Source: Minutocellus sp. GHC0000111 (lineage: Eukaryota). From it: DNA of 64,000 nucleotides. The notes below the pieces were generated by a model. That model did no database searches, was not told where the DNA came from, and was given only the letters and a program-made list of their open reading frames with translations. The stretch lies in contig OZ361259.1 of the NCBI GenBank assembly GCA_977018835.1, positions 2,170,001 to 2,234,000 on the forward strand, written 5' to 3'. Of the stretch, positions 32,627 through 46,200 are shown one piece after another (position 1 is the stretch's first letter; each line of letters opens with the position of its first letter). The translations under genes and the position numbers were made by a program.

Positions 32627-34386
32627 ATGACAGGGAACAACACCAACAGCGGCGGCGGAAGCACCACCACGGCATCGATCGACAAGGCACTGTTGGCCCT
32701 AGACGAGGCTTTGCTCGAAGGAGGTGTGAGTGGCGGTAGCGGCGACGATGGGGCCAAGGCACAGGCTCCGGCGAAGACCACCACCGCCGACCAGCAACAA
32801 AAGCCGGCGGCAGATGCCCGAGCAACCTCAAGCTCTGCCGATGAGGAGGGTGGCAGCAAGGATGTGTTCTCTCCCGCAGCGTACCGCAAGAGGTTGGGCA
32901 CGTTCCGGCCCATGACGTTCTTTGCCAAGCCCGAGGAGGTGTCGCCGTTGGTATGCGCTCGGTTCGGGTAAGTCTCAGGTCAGGTTGTTTACCTTTTGGA
33001 GTCAGGTAGGCGGGTATACAGCTTCAAGGGACCTCAAGCCAACGGGACTTTTCGGCGGCAATATGTTCCATTCATTTTGCTGTCAGCTTGCATTTCATAT
33101 GCATATCAGTGAAGAGATTTCTCGTGCGAGAGATACAATCGCGCTGTCCACATTTTTGTGGTTCATTGACGAAATTTTGTCCCGATATTGTCTACATAGT
33201 ATAGTAGAGAGTCTGACAATCAGGTCGCATGCATCCCAAAGATTTATTGGTGCCTTATTGCGCTACACACGGACTTACAACTCTTCAATCATATTCATTT
33301 GCTTTTTCAACAATACACAGGTGGATCAATTCCTCACATGATATGCTGGCATGCACCAGCCCGTCGTGCCGTGCGGCGATATGTGTCGATATCAGCCCTA
33401 CCCTCAGTGCCGAGTCGGCTCAGAAAATGGCCAAGCAGTACCGCCAGATGCTGGCCACCGCACACACCACCGTCTGTCCTTTCCGCTCTGATGCAGAGAG
33501 GTGGCTCCTCGACGAGGAATCCAAGATGCAGTCGGACGGCTTCGTCGTGTCTCCCTTCCTCTTGCAAATGTCCAATGACTACGTGGTGCTAGAGAATTTG
33601 GCGGCGGGAGGGTTCGTTGCCCGAAAAATGATTCGAGCTGCAGCAGTACAGCTGAGTGAGCATATGGAACAAGCCAACATGGGTCTTCCGAAGTTGAACG
33701 TTACCATCCCCCAGAAGCTCGTTGAGTTTGTTGAAAACGAGGCGTCGGTCGCTGGGACCACTTTCGATGGTGTAGGAGCGGGATCCGAGGTCGATCGTGT
33801 CTCTGGGTGGATATATTCTGCCCTTGCTGGAGAATTGAAGAGATCGGGGGATATTTCGGAGGAAGTTTTGGCTAAGAAGACAAGTGCTGACGATGATTTT
33901 GATAAACTCGTCACCAATGCTCCGCTTTTGGCTTCCTTGGGTTGGCGCCCTGCCTTCGCTGATGCTGACAATAACAGCGACGATGCCGCGGTTGTTGAGT
34001 GCCCACTCTGCTTGGCGCGAACATCCCTTACTTGTTGCACGGATATCAATGCTGGAGATGCACCTCCAGCAAAAAGACAGCGTACGAGCGATGGGGACGC
34101 TACATCGTCGAGTTGCCCTCCTGTGGATCTGCTGATTTCGCACCGACACTATTGTCCCTATGTCTGCTCTGGTGCTTGCAGTCTTGAGGGCGCCACCATG
34201 GCCGGATGGAAGGGAATCCTTGCCATGGTTGCAAGACAATATCGTGACAAGGAGAATACCAATAGTGCCCTGACGGAAGTCGAGGGAGACATGAAGCAAA
34301 AGCTCACATCTGGCGAAGAGACGTTCCAGTCGGTTCGATCTTTGCTGCGAACGGCACTTCCCTCCGAGCCTAAAGTAGATCTATAA
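32627..34386 (+). CDS. C3HC zinc-finger protein, NIPA/ZC3HC1/Rsm1-like; intron 32968-33320
   Basis: YRKRLGTFRP..FFAKPEEVSPLVCARFG|WIN...LACTSPSC...H..VCPF; second module ECPLC...HRHYCPY. GTAAG donor and CAG acceptor are in frame. Confidence 0.85.
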
Positions 34387-34618
34387 TTCGGTAGCATTAC
34401 AGTTTGTCCTGACTTTTGCGAGTTTGCTATGAGCGGAGGCAAGCAGCATGGCTAGCTAGTAGTACGCAGATTTACCACCATTAGCTTCTAGAGCTAGCTA
34501 CGTAGAAGAAATGACACAAGCAACGCGTAGTTAAATTTAAAGCAGCAGGATACGTTACCTCGGTACTCAATCTCATTCGCCTCTTCCTAAAGAGTCAGCT
34601 CAAAACCTTCGCAATAAA

Positions 34619-36877
34619 TTATTGCATCGTCTTGAGCAGCTTGAAGAGGGCCGCAGCCTCTCTAATCCTCGAGAATGTGATGCAGAAGGCCTGAATCTCC
34701 ATGTGCATATCGGATACGTTGACGACCTGGTTCCGGATAAGACTCTGGAGGAAGACACAGACCAGACGGACCAAACGGTTCTGAGCGTTGCGGTCGTGAA
34801 TGTTCTCGCAGCTGGACATGCAGTTGGAGACGAAGCTGTGGACGAACTCGGGATGGACGAGGGGTTTGGTGGCCCCTCTCTTCCCGGCGCTGGTATCGGG
34901 GACGCGACTCATGGCGAGGCGATTCACGACCTCCATGCTGTGCAGGCTCATGTCCATACCGACGAGAGCCGAGAGGTACTCGTTGCGGAGGAGGGATTCC
35001 TTGTCCTCCCCGCCACTGCTGTTCTTGCCCTTGGCCTTGCCACCCTTCTTGCCTCCGCCGCCACTGCCACCTTCCGAAGACGATGGAGTCAGCACACGGA
35101 GCAGGCATTCATTGGCAACCGCGGGGTTGTTCTCCACCAGCTGAGGCGAGTTCTGCGGGGTCAGCCCACATTCCTTGACGATGCGGCGGGCACGGTTCTC
35201 CTCATCGGTCGTTTCCTGCTTGGTCGAGGTCTGGGACTGCTGCTGCTGCTGCTGCTTGTTGCCCATCGATCCCTTGCGGTTCTTTCCCTTCTGCTTGCGG
35301 TTGTTGGCGGGAGCCGTCGGGGGCTGGGCACTACCACCGGCACCCTTGGCCTTGTTGCTGGCAGCGCCGAGGGCCTGCAGGACCCTGCGCTCGGCATCGG
35401 GGGAGAGGGCGGAACGGAAGGCCCGGTCTCGGATGAGGGCAATGACCTCGTCGTCGGCCGCGGCACCTGCGGCGTACCCAGCGGCGCCCCCTCGGCCCGC
35501 GGCTCCGGCCCGCTCGGACGGGTGCCGCATCAGCTTGAGGCGGAGGGCGGGATACTCCGGCAGGAGCCAAACGAGCTCGGACCGGAGGGTCGCCGCGTCG
35601 TCGCCGCCCATGGTCCGTATCTGCGCCTCCTGCAGCTGCTGGCGGCGCTGGGCGGCGCCGTAGCCGTGGCCGATGTCGGGACAGTCGTAGCCGGTGAAGG
35701 GGGTGAGGGGGGGCGGGGTGGGACGGGCGAACTTGGGCCGGAGGGGGGGCAGGCCGAGGGGCAGGCCGAGGGGCCGGCCGAGGTCGAGCCTCGGGTCGCG
35801 CTGCGATTGCTGCGCCGCCTCGGCCGCCTGCTGGGCCTGCAGCTGCAGGGCCTGGGCCTGCTGCATCTGGAAGGACTGCATCTGGTGCTGCTGCTGCATC
35901 TGCTGGAACTGCTGCTGCTGGCGGGCCCGGTCCTCCTCGGTGCTGAAGTTAGAGAGGAGGAGGGACATGGTCCGGGCGTCGGCGTCGTTGGACGGGCGGA
36001 TGACGGGGGAGACGGAGGCGGGGGGAAGGGGCTGCTGCGCAGTAGCAGTAGCAGAAGCCTGGCTGCTGCCGCTGCCGCTGCTGCCACCGTCACCGGCCTG
36101 CCCATCTAAATGTACGGCCCAAAGCTTGTTCAAAGCCGTTACCAGCTCCTCCGTCACGGTATCCCCGTCGGTGCTACTGCCACCACCACTGCCACTGCCA
36201 AGAATACCACCACCACTACCACCGCCAACACCAAGACCCGCTAGGAAGCTACTGCCGTCGCCGAATATGCCCGCGCTGCCGCTGGTATCGGTACTGGTAC
36301 TGGTGCTGGTATCGGCACCGGCCTGGCCGCCCTGCCTTCCCTCCTTGAGCAGGGACCGGAAGAACTCCACGAGGTGCCGCTCCTCGTCGTCGGTGATGGA
36401 GCCGCTGCCCCTCTGGGCCAGGACGGCCTGGATGCGGCGGGCAGCGCTCTCGAGCAGGACGGGCAGGAGGGGGTTGGACCGGAAGGCCGCGACGGCATCG
36501 GCCCTCTGCTGGTCCAGCTCGGCCTCGGGCGACGCCGAGGAGGAGGCGGCGCCGGTGCCGGACGACCGGCGCTTCACTCCGGCACCACCGCCGCTACCGG
36601 TACCGCCGGCAGCCTCGAGGCTGCGGAGGGCGGCCACGCACGCCAAGCGCTGGCTGGGGTTGAGGATGGGTCCGAGGGGGGGACCCCGGCGGACGGCCGC
36701 GCGGGCGCCGGTGGGAGACCCGCTCCGGCTTCCGCGGAGGCCGCCGCCGTTCGACAGGCCCCCCGACGAGGAGCCCATGTCGGCGCCGCCGGTCAGGCCC
36801 ATCCCGTCGAGGAGGGAGCCGCTGCCCCCGCCCGAGGCGGGCGGGGCGGCCGCCAGGAGGTCGTCGAGGAAGTCCAT
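34619..36877 (-). CDS. CNOT11: CCR4-NOT complex subunit 11
   Basis: [80 protein letters not shown]. Confidence 0.93.
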   Translation of the reverse strand: MDFLDDLLAAAPPASGGGSGSLLDGMGLTGGADMGSSSGGLSNGGGLRGSRSGSPTGARAAVRRGPPLGPILNPSQRLACVAALRSLEAAGGTGSGGGAGVKRRSSGTGAASSSASPEAELDQQRADAVAAFRSNPLLPVLLESAARRIQAVLAQRGSGSITDDEERHLVEFFRSLLKEGRQGGQAGADTSTSTSTDTSGSAGIFGDGSSFLAGLGVGGGSGGGILGSGSGGGSSTDGDTVTEELVTALNKLWAVHLDGQAGDGGSSGSGSSQASATATAQQPLPPASVSPVIRPSNDADARTMSLLLSNFSTEEDRARQQQQFQQMQQQHQMQSFQMQQAQALQLQAQQAAEAAQQSQRDPRLDLGRPLGLPLGLPPLRPKFARPTPPPLTPFTGYDCPDIGHGYGAAQRRQQLQEAQIRTMGGDDAATLRSELVWLLPEYPALRLKLMRHPSERAGAAGRGGAAGYAAGAAADDEVIALIRDRAFRSALSPDAERRVLQALGAASNKAKGAGGSAQPPTAPANNRKQKGKNRKGSMGNKQQQQQQSQTSTKQETTDEENRARRIVKECGLTPQNSPQLVENNPAVANECLLRVLTPSSSEGGSGGGGKKGGKAKGKNSSGGEDKESLLRNEYLSALVGMDMSLHSMEVVNRLAMSRVPDTSAGKRGATKPLVHPEFVHSFVSNCMSSCENIHDRNAQNRLVRLVCVFLQSLIRNQVVNVSDMHMEIQAFCITFSRIREAAALFKLLKTMQ

Positions 36878-37348
36878 CGGCCACTAACTGACTGACTGGT
36901 CGGCAGGCAAGGCAAGGGAACTTCTCTCTTGTACACGTAATGCACGTAACTTCCGGGACCTCTCCACGCACAGGATGCACTGACCTACCCTCGGAACACA
37001 CAAAAACGCCAACAAACACAAGTGATGTGCCCTTGGACGCCTTGCTGTGAGGTGAAGTCGTCGCTTTGGTCCTCTTTTGCCCGGTTTCACTGCTACTATG
37101 CTTATTCCGAGGGAGGAAAGAGCCACCTACCTGGCAGGTTTGGCTGTGCTGTGCGTTGTTCCTCTGTTTTTTCATGCGCGGGATTAGAAGTCTGACCTTC
37201 GCCTGATCCCGCCCGATTTTTAATTGAGTCTGGCCGTCGCCCGCTTCGATCTCGTTCTGGTCCATCGAAGTTTTGGCGCCCAAGTCAGTCAAAAGGCAAC
37301 AGGCCAACTTGATTTGCTGATATCCAACTACAGTAGTATCTGGTAACG

Positions 37349-40050
37349 ATGCCGAGAGGTACACGATCGTCCAGAAGGGCGGCAGAAGCCGAGGCAGAAG
37401 CAAAAGCTAAAGCTTCCAAAATGGCACAAGATGTGCCAACATCGGACGAAGAAGACGACAGTGATGACCAAAGCGAGAATGGCGCCGCCCCCACCAACGA
37501 GACGGTCCAGTCCCTCGCCCATCTCCTCTCCACGCTGTCCAAGCCGGAGGATCTGCTCACCACGATCCTCATGCCGTCGAATGCAGGCAACAATGCCGAT
37601 GGCGATGGCGATGGAGAGAAAATTACGGCTCTCCTCCGATCGGCATCCCGGACACTCTTTGGTCGGCTCGAGCAGCTGGCCGCCATGGAGGAAAAACTTC
37701 GACGGAAGAAGGAGCAGCAACAACAACAATTGGAGCTACAGGGAGAAGGAAAGGATGATTTTGGCATGGGAGATGACGACGATGATGGTATGATGGAGGC
37801 TCCCCTATCGGGATTGACCGAGCTGTACACCGGCGAGGAGGAGGCGGATGGTACCGCCGCCGTCGACGCCGAAACGCTCTGGGGGCAGGTCGATCTGCAG
37901 AACGAGGCCCTGCTGCCCAAATTGCGCAAGAGCGTCAGGTCGCTGGCTAAGTCCATCGACAAGGAGGGGTCGGCTTTCGTAAAGTTGCTGGACTTTGGCG
38001 ATCTGACTGACAATGACGACGGCGGAGATGGCGGCGATGATGACGACGAAAGTACAAGTAGTCGCGGTGGTGAATCCAGCGATGAAGATGAGGAGGAAGA
38101 TGACGAGGCGAGACGGATCCGGGAGAGAATGGAGAAAGCCATGGCCGATATGATGTCGGATGATGACGATGACATGTCTTCTGGCGGCGACAAAGATGAC
38201 GACGAGGAGGAGGGAGGGGGTGGTCCCACCGCCTCCAAGAGGGCCAAGATGTCAACTGCCCGGTCCGATGACGAGGAGGAGGAAGACATGGAAGATCCTG
38301 CCGCCCAGGAGCTCAACGATGGCTTCTTCGATATCAGCGAGATGGAGGCCTTTGCCGACGAGGAAGAGGACTACCTTCCCGAGGATATGGATGCTGCCGT
38401 GGAGGAGGAACGGAGGAAGCAGAAGAACAAGGCCAAGAAGGCCAAGCTACCGCATCAGAGACAGCGACAGGGAGAGGAATCCGACGACAGCGAAGATGAG
38501 GAGGAGGATGATCGGGAGGAACCGTCGTTCGCAAAGCGCAAGAAGTACCGTGAAGACGACGAGATTGATGCACTGTACAACCTGTATCAGGAGGCGCACG
38601 ACGATGGGGAAAGTGATGACGAAGAGGAGGACGTGGCTGATATGACGGCCGCTGACTTCTTTGGTCAGCCCAACAAACGCTACCTCAGAGCCAAGAAGGG
38701 GCAAGATGTTGGTAAGGCCGAGCCTTCCAGGTCGTCCAAGTCAGGTGGAAGCAGCAAAAAGAAGGTTGCCGCCCAGGAGGAGGATATCGACTCATGGGAT
38801 GAGCATAGCTTTGGCGACGATGAAAACGACGATGACGATGGTCCTGGTTGGAGGGATGATCACCCAAAAGGCGGTGATAAGACCAAAGGCAAGGGCAGTG
38901 ACGATGATAGTAGCAAAGAATCCTCCTCAGATGAAGAAGAGGAGGAGAAAGATTCTGATGACGATCAAATGGAAGTTGAAGAGGAAGAGAAGGAACCCGA
39001 GCGTCAGACCAATCATGCCATCTCCTCCAATAAACTCCTCCAGCAGACAGAAGATTTCGAGAAGGAGATTCTCGCAGAGAAGCCTTGGCAAATGACAGGT
39101 GAAAGCAAAGGAACCCAGCGCCCGACCAACTCCCTCCTTGAGGCCACTCCTGAATTCGAGGTTGCTACCAAGATGGCACCTATCATCACTGTTGAGCATA
39201 CCGAAAATATCGAAGAGATGATTAAAAAGCGCATCATCGATGAGGATTGGGACGACGTTGTGCCAAGAGAGCTACCAGATATCGGCCTTGGTAAGAGAAA
39301 GGGCGAACTTCCAGAAGTGAGTCAGGAGAAGAGTAAGCTTGGACTTGGCGAGCTCTATGAGCGGGAATATCTCAAGAAGGTTGCAGGTTACGATAAGGAT
39401 GCCGTCGAGCGTGAAACTGAGGAGGACAAGGTGAAGAACGAGATGAAGGCCCTCTTCGCCAACCTCTGTAGCCAGCTTGATGCGCTGTCGAACTATCACT
39501 TCGCTCCTCGTCCAGTGGCAGACGAAGCCGAAATTCGGACCGTCACTACGCCCGCCATTGCCATGGAAGAGGCACTGCCATTGCCATGGAAGAGGCACTG
39601 CCCTTGCATGTCAGCGATGCGAGAGGTGTGGCTCCGGAAGAAGTTTATGCTGCCAAGAAGGGGCGTGGCAGTGTTATTCGCGGAGAGAGCGAGATGGACC
39701 AGACCGAGCGCAAGAAACTTCGCAACGCAAAGAAGGCTGCTCTGCGCAAGGCAAGGAAGGCCAAGCTTGCCGACGAGAAGCTTATATCGAGGCTCCAGCC
39801 TGGCCTTGGCCTCAATAATCCTTACGAAAAGCGCAAGCTTCGTGAGGAGTTGCAGATGGCTCGCGCAAGTGGCAAGGTCACAGAGGGAGAAATCGATGCT
39901 AACAAGGATTACACCACGAGTACCAAGTTCTTCCAGAGAATGCAGGAGAATGTTGCAATGGAAGTACACGGCGGCGGCGCCTCTGAGGGGCGAAAGAGGA
40001 AGAGAGATGACCAAGCGGCGCAACGCAAATCGAGTGCATACAAACTGTAA
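37349..40050 (+). CDS. MPP10: U3 snoRNP/SSU processome protein Mpp10; frameshifted by a 23-bp tandem duplication
   Basis: ETLWGQVDLQN, LNDGFF, EKPWQMTGE...RPTNSLLE, EEMIKKRIIDEDWDDV, QEKSKLGLGELYEREY, LDALSNYHFAP. AMEEALP...APEEV and STKFFQRMQE continue in ORF 39586-40050. Confidence 0.93.
39554..39599 (+). repeat. Perfect 23-bp tandem duplication
   Basis: GCCATTGCCATGGAAGAGGCACT x2, followed by GCC. Confidence 0.97.
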
Positions 40051-40105
40051 TTGTATTAGTAATTTTCTTAGCGTAAGATCACTACCTAGCTACAATTGTA
40101 GCTAG

Positions 40106-42743
40106 CTAGTCCATGAGGAAAATATTCGCTTCCTTGGAGAGAAATGCCTGCAACCCGCGCGCAGTATTCCTCATGAATGGAAAGACAGCATTTTGCATTA
40201 CTTGGGCGAACTGCTTTCGCTGGGATATCACAGCTTGCGCAAACTGCTTCGATAGGTTTGCGAGGGTCGGTGATCCACTCATTCTCGTGCTGCGGGGAAG
40301 GGCGATCTCAAACGTCTGCTTGGTACCCTCTGAGCGCACATTGATGTTCAATTTTCCAGTGGTGGTATCTCTACTCTGTGTGATGAATACATCGTCAAGA
40401 GTAGGTCGCGCCTTGCATTCGTCCGCGTCACCGAAGGGCTGACTCCGAGCTCCGGGCCCTGCTGCATCGGACTGTACGGCCGCGCCTCTTGTTCGCATGA
40501 AAGCTATCGCTACGGCAAGGACACCAACTCCGACGGCAGCCATCAACTGCATCTTTCTCTTCCGGCGTCTCTTCTTGAGCCGGGCCTCGTTGTCACCGTC
40601 AGGACCCATCCCGGACGCAATGACTGCCTGTACTGTTTGAATCCTGCCCCCTTCAGATGAGACCAATTTGATATAACCAACCTTGTCGTCTACCTGCGGA
40701 ACCAAATTTGTAGTTTCTTCTTCCTTGCCCAATTCATTTTGTGGAGGAGAGGATAATTTCACTTCTCCGAGGGAATGCTGCCGAAGAACTTCATCAGACG
40801 GAGCCACGGGCGATAAAGCCCAGCTTGGAGGCGGTTTCAACAAAGCAATGGATGACGATTGAGCAAGTAGAGGCTGAATGGTATCATCAAGAAAATATCT
40901 CTTGGATAGAGTAACAAGCTTTCTCGGTGGGATCCGACGCCTGAGCGAAAATCAATTGAAGGAGCAAAGGTTTGCGGTGAGACGTTGCAATGAAAATCAC
41001 TTCTCAAGCTAACTGGCCACGAAATACAACTCACATGTAGGAAAGAGACAAGTCAATCAGACTCTCGAAAGGCACACGAGGAGGAGCTCGGGCACTGTAT
41101 ATGGAGGCAGATGCCATACTTGGTGCTTGGCTCATAGCCATACTGGCGTCGTCCTCGACTTCCATGTCGTTGGCCGTTCCTGATGATGAGAAATCGTTGG
41201 AAAAGAAAGATGCCTCGCCCATCGTACTGCTTCCAAGTGTCGTCTCATCTTCTTCGGGGCCGTCGCCATCATCTGACACGTACCCCCCATCGATGCCCCC
41301 CTGATATCTCCAACCAACACTGCATGAATTTCTTGGCAAGTGAGTAATGGCATTGTGGACGGCAGAGAATTCGCTCTCGGCGTGGATAATCTCCATTCGA
41401 TTCACGGGGTGCAGGAGCATAGCTACTGCCATGTAGACGGGCATCAGTGGATGACTGACAAGGAAACAATCGAACAAGCGCTTCACGACATTGGTGTCCC
41501 GAACATCATGGGAGAACCAAGTGATAATCCAAGAAATGGCAAAGAAGGGTTCCATATCTACCTCCCAAAGCTTCGCGTGGACCTCTTTGTCAAGGGCGGC
41601 AATCAGGGGCATCATGATCAAGCGAAGAGCTGCCGACAGCGATTGAAAGTCGGACTTCATGGCGTCGCGAAAGTGCGACCGACTGATCTGGAGCAAAACA
41701 CTCGATGGCAAGTCCAGGCCCATGGCCGATGCAGCGAGGGCTGCTTGATCAACGGATCGGGAGCTACCCTTCAACTTCGAAGCCATCTCGGCGCTCATAT
41801 TCCCGGGCGCCCCGGCTGCAATGGAAGCGCCGCCAAGAACATTGAGAAAGATACATGAAACATCGTGATAGCCCTGATAATACCGCAGTCGGTCGTCGTC
41901 ATCTGCGTCATTCTCGTTGGATGGAAAGTCGTAACTTTGAACCAGCACCAAATTGATGAGATTCCCAAGCCTTCGTTGTTTCTTCTTCAGAAGGGACTCC
42001 ATCCGCTGAGAATGTTTTTCGATCTTGGCCATGTTTCGCCGCCGCTGACGCTGACTACCGGTCAAGAGGTGCCACGTACAACGCGCAATGTCGCGATCAA
42101 TCTGCTCGGCATCAAGACACCGGGCCACAACACCCCGTCTGGCCTTGGCAGAATCGAGATTGACCGGGTCAATAACAGCAATGGCTGCCTCGGTCGCGGT
42201 CATTCCATCGTTACCTGCATTGCCAGCAATTGTTTCGACCGAGGCATCGGCACCACCACCAATGGCGTCCAGGACCGTCCCCTCATTATGAATGCCAACC
42301 AACTTGGGCCAGGCACGTTTGCGGATGGAATCATTGACCAAACCACCCTCGGTCAAGGCCAGCTCCCGCAATCTCCAAAGGTCAACCTCGTCAGCGGCCA
42401 GGACTGCCTCGATCTCCTCGACCTTGCGGTCCAGGGCCGTGGGAGGTCGACTCCGGCCCTGCTTGCTACCACCACCCACGCTCTTCTTTTTGTTGTACTT
42501 CTTCTTGTTGGAAATTCTGTGCTTTCGGGGGCTGGTATTGCTATTGCTGTTGCTGTGGCCGTGGCCGGTTGCATCAACCACGTCCACGACATCGAATTTC
42601 ACGGGAACGGACGCACCGCTCTCAGACGCAGGTGTGGGTGCCAGTGCTGGTGGTTGGGCATCGGCCGAGGCGCCGCTGCCCTCGACAGATACACGAGGAG
42701 GGACTGTCGCACTGGGAGAGGTCGGTGGGCGGGGAGGTCTCAT
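40106..42743 (-). CDS. Rab-GAP TBC domain protein (TBC1D20/Gyp8-like) with C-terminal TM; intron 40941-41034
   Basis: LALTEGGLVNDSIRKRAWPKLVG, QIDRDIAR, YYQGYHDV, FFAISWIITWFSHD, RLFDCFLVSHPLMPVY. Splice YM|RRIPP is in frame. Confidence 0.9.
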
Positions 42744-43232
42744 TCTGATTTCGTGTTTGTATTGCGCACGCAGGGCAAACCAAATCCAAACGGTAACTTC
42801 TCTCAAAATTCAAATGAACCGGAGGTTGTGCTAAAAAATAATTCTCTCGGCAATGATGAGTGGAAGGCTCCTTTCCGGTCCAGGGCTGATTGTGATGGTA
42901 CCTTGCTGGACAGGGAAGTGATGAGAGATGAGGTCGGTGCAGGAGAGAACGGCCGCCGTGTAACCAAGCTGTTGCCGGTATCTTCCTCGAGATGTGATGT
43001 GCTGTGATTGTTTGAATGAAATGCGTTTTGTGGTTTTGATGAATCTTTCTGATCGACGCTTTTTCAGCGTCATTTCGACATGTGCGGCATGAAGGTCGGC
43101 CGATAGCGATGCGTACCTAGGCCTAGGTAGGCCTACATGTACGTACGCGTCTGCTAGTCTGAAGGTCATCGCACATAAATTAGCCTCCAAGATGGCCAGC
43201 ATGTTCTCCGTCGGCGTCCGCAAAGCAGGATC

Positions 43233-46200
43233 ATGAGCACCAGCCAATACGACGAGGAGAGGCGGCGACAGAGGCGGAGGTCGTCGCAATCCCGCCCAGA
43301 CACGACGGCAACGACTGCCTTCGTTGAGGAACATGAGCGCAGGCTGAGCGATGCCGATGGCGGGAGCGGGAGGCGTAGTGGTGACCGCCGGCGCCCCTCG
43401 TCCTCCGGCTCGAGAAGAATTAGAGAGGAAGACGATGGCTCTCGTCGTAGCGCTCGTAGATCGGGCAATGAGAGCGTTGGCAGCGGTGACAGTCGACGGG
43501 GCAGTAGCAGCGGCCACAGGTCTCATTCGTCCAGCAGTCACCATCACCAAGCACAAAGAACAAGCAACAGCGGACGACGACATTCCAGCGAGCGGAAGGA
43601 GAAGGATCGAGTGGCGGCAACTGCTGCCTCTTCGGCCTCTGCCCATTCTCGGAGGAAAGGTGGCGATACCAGCAGCAGCAGTTCCCGCGCAACGACAAAG
43701 GGTCCCGATCCTCGTCCCGTGACTTCTAGAGAGGAGGTGATGAAACGAGCCATGGAAGAGCGCGGTGACAGCTCCCGCTCGTTGGTTTCGGATGCACCTA
43801 TCCGCCCAATGTCCAGTCATGGCAGATCCAGTTCATCAAAAGGACGACGAAGTTCGCAGCCAAGGATACCAACCGCAATATTGGAAGAATCGTCACTCAG
43901 CAGCTATCATTCACACGATGGGTCTGAGGAGGAACTCTTGTCCATACCAGGAGGAGGAAGATCACCAAGGGCACACCAGTCTACAAGTGGGAAAGGTTCT
44001 AGGAAGAACCTTGAACGTGATAGGACGATCCAATCAGCCAGGTCAGTCATGATGCGCGAGTTGAGCGGATTGAACAACGAGGTCGACGACGGTGATATCC
44101 CTTCGGGGTCAGGAATGACTGATTCTACTCGAGAATCACTTCGTTTGTCCCCTTTGACTGTGGTGACAGAAGGTAGAGAAGGAGGGGGTAGTAAGTACCA
44201 GTACCGAGGGGAGAAGCGAAGCCGAAGACGACTAGTTGATAACAACCTTGCATCGGCCAGCGCATCGGCATCTGCATCGACGTCGGCAGCATCGGCATCA
44301 GTATCGGGAGATGAGTCTGGCTCGGCCACTCCAGCTGCTCAGCAAATTATCAACAGCTTACTCTGGTTCAAGTTCCACGCTCCTCGGTGTGTCTTTGATG
44401 ACATTTTGGAAAAGTGCAACACATACGAGGAAGAAATGGTCAGTGGCGACGATCAGTCCTTCGGAGTTTCTCGTCGAGGTAGTGACGACATTCTGTCGAT
44501 TGGATCGGGAGGTCATTATGGAAGGCGAACGAGTATGGAAATATCTCGTAGGGGGAGTGATGGAATTATGAGCACTGGTCACAGTAGCGCATCGGCCATT
44601 CCAGCATCACGCAAGGGAAGCATGGACATGCTATCTGTAGCATCGTCTGGAAGGCGCGCAAATAGACGTTCCTCTATGGAAGAGGGATCTGTCGCGTCTA
44701 CAGGTGTGGATAGGCTGGAAGCCCTGGCTGGTGTAATGGGAGGTACTGGCAGAAGAAATAGTGCAATGAGCATCCTCAGTGGTAATAGAAGGAACAGTGG
44801 CTTATTTTCTGTCGCTTCAGGAGACTTCAGCGAGGACAACGATGATCTTGGAGCTACTTTAACCCTCCCGCACAGCACCCGTCGAGAATCGTCTTTGCTC
44901 TTCGTCGACATCAGCGGCTTTACAAAGCTTTCTACCATGCTTGATGTAGAGGAGTTGTCCAAGGCCATCAACAGCTACTTTGAACTCATTGTGCATGAGA
45001 TTACAGTTCATGGCGGTGACATACTCAAGTTCGCTGGAGATGCACTCTTTGCAGAGTGGTCCGCAGTAAGCGAAGATCTGGATTTAGCGGAATGCACCAA
45101 GGCGGCGGCAATGTGCGGAGCAAGCATTGTGAAAAAGGCGAGCGGGTTCAAGGTTTACGGGTCGAAAGGCAAAGGATCGAAGAATAAACAAGTCAGCGCC
45201 GGCAGCAACATACGAGTTCGTGTCGCCACGCTAGACGTACATTGCGGTCTCGGGGTTGGTCCTTTGACCGGCCTTGACGTTGGCAATGTCGGTGCAACTC
45301 GTGGAGGACCAATGCAAGTGGAGAACAGGAGAGAATATTTGTTTCTTGGAAATCCGATCGATCAAGTGGCAAAGGCTGAGGTAAGTATGGGAGTGAAGCA
45401 GATGAGCCTTAACCCAACACGAGCCGATATTTCCCTTGCTAATGTCTTTCCAAACCTTTTATTTTTCTTAATTTGCCTCATCGCCTTTTCTACAGGAAAT
45501 TGCCCGAAAAGGAGAGCTAGTGGCAAGCCCAGAAGCAATCAAGATGCTATCAGAAACATGTGTATTGCCGAAACCTCTTTTATTATCGGAGAACCCAGCC
45601 GTCATTGCACTGAGGTCAGACTTTTTCGTGGAGCCAAGGTCTCCCTGTCGATCACTTATTTCAAACCATTCTGCACCAGGAGATCACAGCGAAGACGATG
45701 ACCTGGAGGAATTAAGAGAGCGTTGCAAGGAATTGTCGGCCCCAATTTTGGATCACGCCCGAGATCAACTTGGCCTCTATGTGCATCCTGTTGTTCGCGG
45801 AGACTTGCGAGCGCTGACTTCGAAGCGCTTGTCAGTCGAGGGACACAGAGCAGAGGCTGAGCTCAGAAATGTATTCGTGCTCTTCATCTGTCCCAAAATA
45901 TCTGCTCAAGTTACTGGTAATCCAGTCGAAGACGCCAGACTATTCGGCGAGCTGAGTGACATCATGATGGTGACAATGCGTGCTCTGGATCGGCACCAAG
46001 GACAACTCCGACAATTTATTGTGGATGATAAGGGTGTTGTTTTGATTGCTACCTGGGGATTGCGAGGATCGACCTTTCCCAACATGATAGGAGATTATTC
46101 TTTACCAGCTACTATGGCTATTCACGAAGACCTAGTCTCGGAATTAGGAGTGAGGACTTCCATCGGCGCAACATTTGGCAAGGTATATTGTGGCGTTGTC

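Noticed and set aside
34622..36887. 495-aa and 397-aa plus-strand ORFs
   Set aside because: Antisense shadows of GC-rich CNOT11.
39600..40105. C-terminus of the 918-aa ORF (PWKRHCPC...)
   Set aside because: Out-of-frame read-through after the 23-bp duplication; the true Mpp10 C-terminus is ORF 39586-40050.
40837..41040. TBC gene split into two ORFs as a lesion
   Set aside because: Explained by a canonical in-frame intron 40941-41034.
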